26,499 nucleotides of DNA from Nitrosopumilales archaeon (GTDB taxonomy: Archaea > Thermoproteota > Nitrososphaeria > Nitrososphaerales > Nitrosopumilaceae). The position numbers and the translations under genes are program-made. Under the pieces are notes generated by a model that did no database searches, had not been told where the DNA came from, and was given only the letters and a program-made list of their open reading frames with translations. Shown piece by piece: positions 1 through 7,353 of this stretch; within the stretch, counting starts at the first letter, position 1, and each line of letters opens with the position of its first letter. The stretch is taken from the NCBI GenBank assembly GCA_016838795.1, contig JAEHKQ010000073.1:1-26499 (forward strand), given 5' to 3'.

Positions 1-442
1 GTTTTGTGTTGATTGTTGAGTAACTCATCTCCTTAATCAAGTCTTTTAGTTTTGGATTTTCCATCCACATTCCACGTTGTCTTTGTTTTGAAAATGCTTC
101 AAGTCTTGTTTCGTTATCTACTGCATACACTGATTCTCTACCTGGATGTGTAGTTAGTATCCAACCAGTTACATCGGTACAGTATGTAGTTTTGAAAACT
201 TGCCTTGCTGCTAAAATCATTAATCTTAGAATGTTATCCTGATAGATTTTTTCCCAGAATGGTATCCATGTGATGTTTCTTTCCTGTCCATCTACCATCC
301 GTCTTATTTTTAATGTCCAATCAACAAGATTCATTCCACGATAATCTGGAATCTTTGTAAGTTGTTTTGTACTACGTCTATTTTTAGCAATAATCTTTTT
401 TGCAATTTTTTCATGTTCTTTTGCCGACCTACTAAATGACAT
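1..442 (-). CDS. Putative phage terminase large subunit (GpA-like ATPase), N-terminal 147 codons; runs off the window edge
   Basis: Not in the ORF track; translated by hand from ATG 442, which overlaps the upstream TGA (TGATG): MSFSRSAKEHEKIAKKIIAKNRRSTKQLTKIPDYRGMNLVDWTLKIRRMVDGQERNITWIPFWEKIYQDNILRLMILAARQVFKTTYCTDVTGWILTTHPGRESVYAVDNETRLEAFSKQRQRGMWMENPKLKDLIKEMSYSTINTK. It has a hydrophobic strand + RQxxKT Walker-A-like motif, an upstream 'W..R' and 'PF/Y..I' segment, and a downstream 'Y......AFSK.R......NP.L' segment, all as in GpA-type terminases. Confidence 0.7.
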   Translation of the reverse strand, partial: MSFSRSAKEHEKIAKKIIAKNRRSTKQLTKIPDYRGMNLVDWTLKIRRMVDGQERNITWIPFWEKIYQDNILRLMILAARQVFKTTYCTDVTGWILTTHPGRESVYAVDNETRLEAFSKQRQRGMWMENPKLKDLIKEMSYSTINTK

Positions 443-915
443 CAAGTGTCATCACCCATTTTTTTGTTCAAGTCAACGTAAACATCATAGGTGGGATAAC
501 TCACAGTCTCAAATTTTATGGAAGTCAGCTCAGCCAGACGCTTTGTTTGTTTATCTCTCAACCTAAGATATTTTTCTAAATCCTTAAAATTACCAGATTC
601 ATCAAGTTGCTTAATCTTTTCATCTACTTTGTCGATTTGTTTTTGTTCAGATAATATTAAATGATCAAAAGCAATAATTTTTCTTTCTTTTGCTTCTTTG
701 GATCTTTCTAAAAATTCTTTTGACTCTGATTGTACGATTTCACGGCACCACTGTTTAAACCGTTTCCTGATAGTTTTCACATCCATCCCGGTTTGCACCG
801 AAGCTGATGAAGCTCCTATCCCTAGGGTAAAGTAGGGTCGTAGTTTTCTATCAATGTCAATTTGTTCTTGTATTGTTGGTCTACCACGATTGTGTTTGTT
901 ATCGTTGCTGTGCAA
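442..915 (-). CDS. HTH + coiled-coil protein, putative terminase small subunit
   Basis: 157 aa, TTG start. N-terminal GRP + helix-turn-helix-like segment (ASSASVQTGMDVKTIRKRFKQW) followed by a charged coiled coil. Translationally coupled to the terminase-large-like ORF. The terS call rests on architecture and position. Confidence 0.5.
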   Translation of the reverse strand: MHSNDNKHNRGRPTIQEQIDIDRKLRPYFTLGIGASSASVQTGMDVKTIRKRFKQWCREIVQSESKEFLERSKEAKERKIIAFDHLILSEQKQIDKVDEKIKQLDESGNFKDLEKYLRLRDKQTKRLAELTSIKFETVSYPTYDVYVDLNKKMGDDT

Positions 916-1164
916 TTTCCACCAGAAATAACGGAGAAGTTGCTTAAACGTATTGAAAGTTACTAAATTAAAAAAATTGTTAAAAATTTAATAAAAAACT
1001 AAATACTCATATAGAAGTGGTTTTTGCAAATGTCCAAAAAAGATCACCTTATGTAATTTCATTTTTTTATTTTCAGACCATTTACGACCATTTTTTTGAA
1101 TTCACAGAATATTATTGCCTAAAACAAATACCCTAAATTACAACCAAAATTAATCTGGCATACC

Positions 1165-1983
1165 TTGAAAAAAATAGCATTACTTGGTTGCGGTGCAATA
1201 GGAACACAAATAGCATTAGCAATCGATTCCGGTAAAATTCCAGCCAAACTGACTCATGTTTATGACCAATCAAAAGAGGCATCTCAATCACTCGTTTCCA
1301 AATTACAAAATAAACCAGATATCGTTGAAAACTCGCACCTCTTATCATCTCAACCAATTGATTTGGTGGTAGAAGCAGCATCTCAAGACGCTGTTATGGA
1401 TGTTGCTCTCAGTGTTCTTCAGAATAGGAAAGATCTAATGATAATGAGTGTTGGTGCATTACTCGACGAATCAGTTTTTGAGGTTTTATCTGACGCCTGT
1501 AAAGAATTCAAAAAAACAATTTACCTTCCTTCAGGTGCAATAGCAGGTCTTGACGCATTAAAATCTGTTCAAAGTGAGCTTGAATCAGTTACACTAACAA
1601 CTACAAAAAATCCAAAATCACTCAAAGGAGCAAAGTTTTTTGAAACTTCTGATATTGATGTAGAAAAAATAAATGAAAAAACAACAATTTTTGAAGGAAC
1701 CTCAAAGGATGCAGTAAAATTATTTCCAGCAAACATCAACGTAGCAGCATTACTTAGTTTGGCAGGCTTGGGAAGTGAAAAAACCAAGGTGCGAATTGTT
1801 GCAGATCCTAACACAAACAAAAACACCCACGAAATTCATGCTGAAGGAAAGTTTGGAAAAATGTCTTTCAAAATAGAAAATATTCCAGATGAGAATAATC
1901 CAAAAACAAGTAGGCTAGCTATGTTGTCTGCGATACAAAGACTACGACAAATCTGCTCAGATGACATACAGATTGGTACTTGA
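1165..1983 (+). CDS. nadX: L-aspartate dehydrogenase (NAD biosynthesis)
   Basis: Rossmann GCGAIG, VVEAAS, SVGAL, PSGAIAGLDAL, FPANINVAA and NPKTS motifs; adjacent to nadA. Confidence 0.95.
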   Translation: MKKIALLGCGAIGTQIALAIDSGKIPAKLTHVYDQSKEASQSLVSKLQNKPDIVENSHLLSSQPIDLVVEAASQDAVMDVALSVLQNRKDLMIMSVGALLDESVFEVLSDACKEFKKTIYLPSGAIAGLDALKSVQSELESVTLTTTKNPKSLKGAKFFETSDIDVEKINEKTTIFEGTSKDAVKLFPANINVAALLSLAGLGSEKTKVRIVADPNTNKNTHEIHAEGKFGKMSFKIENIPDENNPKTSRLAMLSAIQRLRQICSDDIQIGT

Positions 1984-1985
1984 TT

Positions 1986-2000
1986 TGGCAAAATTTGCCA
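1986..2000. promoter_or_regulatory. Perfect 15-bp palindrome TGGCAAA-A-TTTGCCA between nadX and nadA; possible operator
   Basis: 7-bp inverted repeat read directly from the sequence; function inferred. Confidence 0.3.
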
Positions 2001-2074
2001 TAGATGCGCAAGTTACAGAAATTATGTGCATGATCCTCTTTCTTTAAATCCAGATTAAATCAAATTTGTAATGT

Positions 2075-3013
2075 TTGAGTCTACACAACGAAATTTTGAG
2101 ACTGAAGAAGGAAAAGGACGTAGTGATTCTTGCGCACAACTATCAAGTGCCCGAAGTACAAGATGTGGCCGATTTTATTGGTGATTCGTTAGGATTGGCA
2201 AGACAAGCAGCTAAAACACCTCACAAAACAATTCTGTTTTGTGGTGTACACTTTATGGCAGAAACTGCTGTAATTATCAGTCCAAAGAAAAAAGTTTTGA
2301 TTCCTGATTTAGAAGCTGGATGTTCACTATCTGACTCAATTACAGTTGATGATCTAAGAGAGTGGAAAAAACAACATCCAAGCGCAATAGCAGTAGGATA
2401 TGTTAACACAACTGCTGACATCAAAGCAGAGCTTGATTATTGTTGTACCTCATCTAATGCGGTTAATATAGTAAAAGCAATTCCTGAAGACAAGGAGATT
2501 TTGTTTTTACCTGATATGTTTTTGGGTGCTTATATTTCTAAAATGACTGGACGAAAGAACATGTTAATTTGGGCCGGTGAATGTCATGTTCACGCTGGCA
2601 TTAAACCGGAGGACGTTCAGCAAAAACTTGATTCAATGACAAACGCTGAATTTATTGTACATCCTGAATGCAGCTGTACCACGCCATATCTCTATGATGT
2701 CGCAACAGGTGGCTATAATGGAAGACAGGTTCAAATTTTATCGACAGAAGGCATGATGAAGTATGTTAACCAATCAAATGCAACCCAGTTTGTTATTGCG
2801 ACTGAAACCGGCATCTTATACCGAATGAGAAAACAAAATCCTGATAAGACATTTATTCCAGCTTCTGAAAAAGCTGAATGCCAATATATGAAGATGATTA
2901 CACTGCAAAAAGTACATGATTCTCTTATGGAAGACAAGTATGAAGTTAAAGTTCCAAAAGAAACTGCTGACAAAGCTCGTCTCGCCATAGAAAGAATGCT
3001 CGCAATTAGTTAA
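2075..3013 (+). CDS. nadA: Quinolinate synthase A
   Basis: ILAHNYQ, GDSL, FCGVHFMAE, AGCSL, YVNT, CCTSSNA, CHVH, HPEC and CQYMK motifs. Confidence 0.97.
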   Translation: MSLHNEILRLKKEKDVVILAHNYQVPEVQDVADFIGDSLGLARQAAKTPHKTILFCGVHFMAETAVIISPKKKVLIPDLEAGCSLSDSITVDDLREWKKQHPSAIAVGYVNTTADIKAELDYCCTSSNAVNIVKAIPEDKEILFLPDMFLGAYISKMTGRKNMLIWAGECHVHAGIKPEDVQQKLDSMTNAEFIVHPECSCTTPYLYDVATGGYNGRQVQILSTEGMMKYVNQSNATQFVIATETGILYRMRKQNPDKTFIPASEKAECQYMKMITLQKVHDSLMEDKYEVKVPKETADKARLAIERMLAIS

Positions 3014-3083
3014 ACTGAACTTAATTCCTCACAAATTCTTTAAGTACAATTACGACTTGCTGTTGTGTGTTGATTTTTAATTA

Positions 3084-4052
3084 ATGGAAATAATGGGCCG
3101 TGGATTCAAGCAAATCATGCACGAGTCTCCAATGTATTTTCATATGGGACTAAAGTACGCAGGATACAAGCTGTTTAACAAAAAAAGTCCATTTTTTGGC
3201 TCAGCTGACATCATCAATGTCTGTAATTTGCACTGCAAACACTGCTATTGGTGGCTAAACCGAAAAGAGAATGAAGACCTAACAGTTGAACAATGGAAAA
3301 AAGTAATTGATGAGAAATTCAAAAAACAACACGTTTTCATCGTGTTTCTTGTTGGTGGTGAACCTATGATGAGGCCTGAAGTTGTTGAGCTTTTTGTAAA
3401 CGAGTTTCCAAAACGAGTTTGTGTGGTAACAAATGGAACTTATCCACTACCCAAATTCAAGAATCTCTATTTTTATTGGGTTTCAATTGATGGAACACAA
3501 AAAATACACGATGATATCAGAGGGAAAGGTACTTGGGAGCAAATCAGAAAAAATGTAATCAATTATGTTGAGACTAATGGGAAAAAGGCGTCCAAAGATA
3601 TCTGGATATCCATGACAATCAACTCACTAAACTACAAAACAGTCAAAGATGTAATGGAAGAATGGCGAGACTATACGCACAAGTTTGGCATTCAATTCCA
3701 CACTCCTTTCATGAAAGGTGATCCATTGTGGCTTCCATTTGGTAAGGAACGAAACAGATTGGTTGATGAATTAATTGAGATGCGGCAAAACGGATACAAA
3801 GACTATCTCAGCAATCCCCAAAACCAGCTTGAATTAATGAAAGGAGGTTGGGGTGGTAAAGGAACGACCCCAATTGATTGTCCAACCTGGGCAATTGTTT
3901 CTGTTGATCATATGGGAAGAGAAAAGATGCCTTGTTGCATTGGTAGTGCAGATAAAGATTCTATGAAACCAAGATGTGGAGAGTGTGGTCTTGGTTGTTA
4001 TTCATTTCTAATGAGCTATGGAATCAAAGGATCTGGAATGATCTCAAACTAG
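3084..4052 (+). CDS. Radical SAM protein with Cys-rich C-terminal (SPASM/twitch-like) extension; substrate unknown
   Basis: CNLHCKHC (CxxxCxxC), GGEP, VTNG, VSIDG....HD.IRG; C-terminal CP...CC...CGECGLGC. Confidence 0.9.
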   Translation: MEIMGRGFKQIMHESPMYFHMGLKYAGYKLFNKKSPFFGSADIINVCNLHCKHCYWWLNRKENEDLTVEQWKKVIDEKFKKQHVFIVFLVGGEPMMRPEVVELFVNEFPKRVCVVTNGTYPLPKFKNLYFYWVSIDGTQKIHDDIRGKGTWEQIRKNVINYVETNGKKASKDIWISMTINSLNYKTVKDVMEEWRDYTHKFGIQFHTPFMKGDPLWLPFGKERNRLVDELIEMRQNGYKDYLSNPQNQLELMKGGWGGKGTTPIDCPTWAIVSVDHMGREKMPCCIGSADKDSMKPRCGECGLGCYSFLMSYGIKGSGMISN

Positions 4053-4135
4053 ATTATCTTTTAAATTTATTTTATAAAGAATGTAAGTATGAAACATTCG
4101 AATAGGTTAAATACCAAAATTGCAAGTGAACAGCA

Positions 4136-6025
4136 TTGAAAGATCATCTAATTAACAAAATTATCTTACTGGTAGGTATTATTGCTGTTTTAGGCGTTGC
4201 TAGCTCTTCAGTAGTTTTATCTTCACCCGCATCCGCTCAAAAGGGACCCGAGTTTATTCCAGGAAGATTCATCATTGTTTTGCAAGATGGGGTATCACCT
4301 CAAGATGTGATACGGGGTTATGGAGTTGTGCCAGACTTTGTTTATAGTCATGCGTTAAATGGATTTTCTGCTCCAATTTCCGCCACACTTCTAAAAGACC
4401 TAACACAGGATTCTAGAATAAAGTTTATCGAACAAGACCAGAGGGTATACGCTTTTGACCAAACCATTCCGACTGGAATAAACCGTATTGATGCCGACAT
4501 AGGCGCTGCTAAATCGGGCGATGGTTCTGGAACAGTTATTGTAGATATTGCAATAATTGATACTGGAATAGATCTTAATCATCCAGACCTGAATGTTGTT
4601 AATGATGTAAGCTTTGTTGGTACATCCTCAGGTGATGATGACAACGGTCATGGAAGTCATGTTGCAGGTACGGCAGCAGCTCTGGATGATGCTGTTGGTG
4701 TAGTTGGTGTTGCCCCTGGTGCAAGACTATGGGCAGTTAAGGTGCTCGACAGTGGGGGTGGTGGAACTCTTTCAGGTGTAATAAAAGGAATAGATTATGT
4801 CACTTCACATGCAGGTGAAATCGAAGTTGCAAACCTTAGCCTTGGATGTAAATGCAAGACTAGAGCTGGGGATATTGCAATTAATAACTCAGTTTCAGCT
4901 GGAGTTACTTATTCTGTAGCAGCTGGAAATAGTGCAAGTAATGCAAAGGCATTTTGGCCAGCAAGTAACAACAAGGTCATTACAGTATCAGCCATTGTAG
5001 ACACTGATGGAAAATGTGGCGGACTTGGTTCATCAACATCATATGGTGCAGATGACTCTTTTGCAACTTTTAGTAATTTTGGTAATTCTGTGAACCTAGC
5101 AGCACCAGGTGTTGATATTCTCTCAACTGACAAGAATGGTGGCTATACCACTAAAAGTGGTACAAGTATGGCAAGTCCCCATGTCGCTGGAGCAGCAGCT
5201 ATATACAAGTTTAACAATCCAAGTGCATCGCCATCTGATGTTCAAAATGCATTAATTAGTTTTGGAGTGGAACAATCTGCTCAATGTAATGTTTTACTAA
5301 ATGATGGTAATGGTGGATATACAGACGAAGATGGTTCATCATCTGAACCGCTTGTTTATCTTGCTCAAGGAACCCCACCTGTTACTACACCCGACTTCTC
5401 CCTCTCTGTGGACCCTACTTCCCTAACACTCAAGGTAGACGAGACAGGCACATCAACCATTACAGTAAGTAGCCTAAATGGGTATGAAGACACAGTATCC
5501 CTAAGTGCTACAGCACCTGATACATCAGGCCTCATACTAACGGTGAATCCAACTTCTGTCACACTTACATCAACAACCATATCAGCGGCATCCACATTAA
5601 GCGTAATAGCCGGCAGCGCTACAGGCACCTTCGACGTTACAGTGACTGGCACAGGCAGCGGGATCACACACTCAACAACAGTGACCGTCAAGGTCACGTC
5701 AACCTCCGAGGCGAACACCGTCAGTGTTAGCTCCATTACTTACGCTACTGAAGGCGGCAAGAACAAGGATAAGCACCTGCTCATTACTGTTGCCCTCGAA
5801 GATGATCTAAGCAACCCGGTAAGCGGCGCATCAGTATCTATAGACCTTTCCCGCGATGGTAGTTTTGTGGGCTCTGGAACGGGAACTACAGGCACTGACG
5901 GAACAGTAACATTCAGTTTAAAGAATGCAAAGTCCGGTTGCTACACTACTACTGTAACTGATGTAACCGCAAGTGGTCTGACATGGGATGGTACAACTCC
6001 ACTTACTGATCCTTTCTGCAAATAA
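4136..6025 (+). CDS. Secreted subtilisin-like S8 serine peptidase with I9-type propeptide and C-terminal Thr/Ser-rich Ig-like domains
   Basis: Signal/TM N-terminus; catalytic IIDTGID, HGSHVAG, AAGN and GTSMASPHVAG; beta-rich C-terminal extension. Confidence 0.95.
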   Translation: MKDHLINKIILLVGIIAVLGVASSSVVLSSPASAQKGPEFIPGRFIIVLQDGVSPQDVIRGYGVVPDFVYSHALNGFSAPISATLLKDLTQDSRIKFIEQDQRVYAFDQTIPTGINRIDADIGAAKSGDGSGTVIVDIAIIDTGIDLNHPDLNVVNDVSFVGTSSGDDDNGHGSHVAGTAAALDDAVGVVGVAPGARLWAVKVLDSGGGGTLSGVIKGIDYVTSHAGEIEVANLSLGCKCKTRAGDIAINNSVSAGVTYSVAAGNSASNAKAFWPASNNKVITVSAIVDTDGKCGGLGSSTSYGADDSFATFSNFGNSVNLAAPGVDILSTDKNGGYTTKSGTSMASPHVAGAAAIYKFNNPSASPSDVQNALISFGVEQSAQCNVLLNDGNGGYTDEDGSSSEPLVYLAQGTPPVTTPDFSLSVDPTSLTLKVDETGTSTITVSSLNGYEDTVSLSATAPDTSGLILTVNPTSVTLTSTTISAASTLSVIAGSATGTFDVTVTGTGSGITHSTTVTVKVTSTSEANTVSVSSITYATEGGKNKDKHLLITVALEDDLSNPVSGASVSIDLSRDGSFVGSGTGTTGTDGTVTFSLKNAKSGCYTTTVTDVTASGLTWDGTTPLTDPFCK

Positions 6026-6068
6026 TAAAGAAATTTTTTCTCTCAATTTCAATTCTGAATTAACATTT

Positions 6069-6085
6069 GATACGAACTGTTAACA
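6069..6085 (+). repeat. 17-bp direct repeat GATACGAACTGTTAACA, copy 1
   Basis: Exact match to 9180-9196; both copies are intergenic. Confidence 0.9.
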
Positions 6086-6126
6086 GATGTTATGAAATAT
6101 TTATGATGACTTATTATGATTAATTT

Positions 6127-7317
6127 TCATTCAATTTTTTGTTCTAATATTTTACTATGAGATATTATGTAACGACCTAATACGACTCCTAATATTCCAG
6201 CTGCAATTAATGGACCTACCAACAACGAATATGAGGAAATCATTATCTCTGAATATACAGGCGCAATTAAGCTGGGGAAGACAGTTGTATGTGTTACCAC
6301 ACCATTATAGACGTAGGTAATGAACGGATAATAGACCATAAATGAACAACTACCAAGGACTCCACCTGCTACATATTGTAAGGATTTTGTTTTAGAATAT
6401 GAAAGAATTGTATCAGCAACAACAAATGGGATTATGCTAAGAAAATAAAATGAAATCGTTGGAACAAGAAATTCATTTGGTATCATAGTTGTTAATATGC
6501 TAATTAAGAGGAAAGCGGCTCCCGTGATAGACAAGATACCAAATCTGTAATTCAGCCCATAAGAAAGATAAAGAATTGTAGATAACAACAATGGAAAACC
6601 TATAGTTGCAAAAATAGCAGCAAAAGTTGGATCAGGATTAAAGTCAAAACTTTGAGTATCAGAAAATGGCAGACTAAACATGTATAGTACTCCAGTTGCA
6701 GTAAGCCATAGAGACAATATTCCTATTATACTTAACAGATTATCCATACCAAGCAAGACGACGCTTTGTTTTGGTTTTCCCTCTTGTTCAATTTGGTTTC
6801 CTCCCTTTTGTGATGTTAGCAAAGGTGAATAATTTCTAGCAGAAACAAGTCCAGATAATGCACCTATACTTGCTAGAAAAAGTCCAAATGTCAGAGTAAT
6901 ATGAGATGGGCTTAGCAAACCATCTAAACCAAAAGCTACATGCCAAGTATAGTCAAAAGGACCAGCTATGACCACCATTGAAATTCCAATAATGACTAAC
7001 CTCATGGGAAGTTTGAATTTCCCCTGATTAGCAAAGGATCGTTTACCAACAAACATAATCACTGAGCCTAGAGCGGCAACACCAACTCCGGTGTATAACA
7101 TCAAGTGAGGAGTAGAAAAAAAAGTTTCAGGTTTATTGATAAGATGGTTTGTTATATCCCAGCTTTCACCACTTAAAGTCAGCAAAACGCCAAGACTTAT
7201 CAAAATACATCCAATCTTAAATTTTAATTTAGAACGCCGATACTTTTCTTCATCTAACGTAGTTTGAGTGCTTTCTTCAGCAGAACCGCTACTGGTGTCT
7301 GACGTGCGAGAGCTCAT
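6127..7317 (-). CDS. Polytopic membrane protein (~10 TM) with two AmoC/PmoC-like D-x3-H-x12-H motifs and an AmoA/PmoA-like C-terminal half
   Basis: D54-H58-H71 (WDITNHLINKPETFFSTPH) and D122-H126-H139 (FDYTWHVAFGLDGLLSPSH); C-terminal PFVVADTILSYSKTKSLQYVAGGVLG...YYP. The CDS itself is solid; the family call is inferred. Confidence 0.6.
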   Translation of the reverse strand: MSSRTSDTSSGSAEESTQTTLDEEKYRRSKLKFKIGCILISLGVLLTLSGESWDITNHLINKPETFFSTPHLMLYTGVGVAALGSVIMFVGKRSFANQGKFKLPMRLVIIGISMVVIAGPFDYTWHVAFGLDGLLSPSHITLTFGLFLASIGALSGLVSARNYSPLLTSQKGGNQIEQEGKPKQSVVLLGMDNLLSIIGILSLWLTATGVLYMFSLPFSDTQSFDFNPDPTFAAIFATIGFPLLLSTILYLSYGLNYRFGILSITGAAFLLISILTTMIPNEFLVPTISFYFLSIIPFVVADTILSYSKTKSLQYVAGGVLGSCSFMVYYPFITYVYNGVVTHTTVFPSLIAPVYSEIMISSYSLLVGPLIAAGILGVVLGRYIISHSKILEQKIE

Positions 7318-7353
7318 CTTGTTGTTTTATCACCTCTTTAGCACCTTTAACAA

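Larger units (their letters stand above)
1..915 (-). mobile_element. Edge of a probable provirus or provirus-derived packaging module
   Basis: terS/terL-like pair divergent from core nadX. No att site or integrase is visible in the window, so the extent is unknown. Confidence 0.5.

Noticed and set aside
916-1164. Search for a tRNA or att site at the element boundary
   Set aside because: No cloverleaf or GC-rich stem, and no repeat partner inside the window.
6100-6125. ATGATGA...ATGA resembling a second box C/D RNA
   Set aside because: No properly spaced C'/D boxes or terminal stem.
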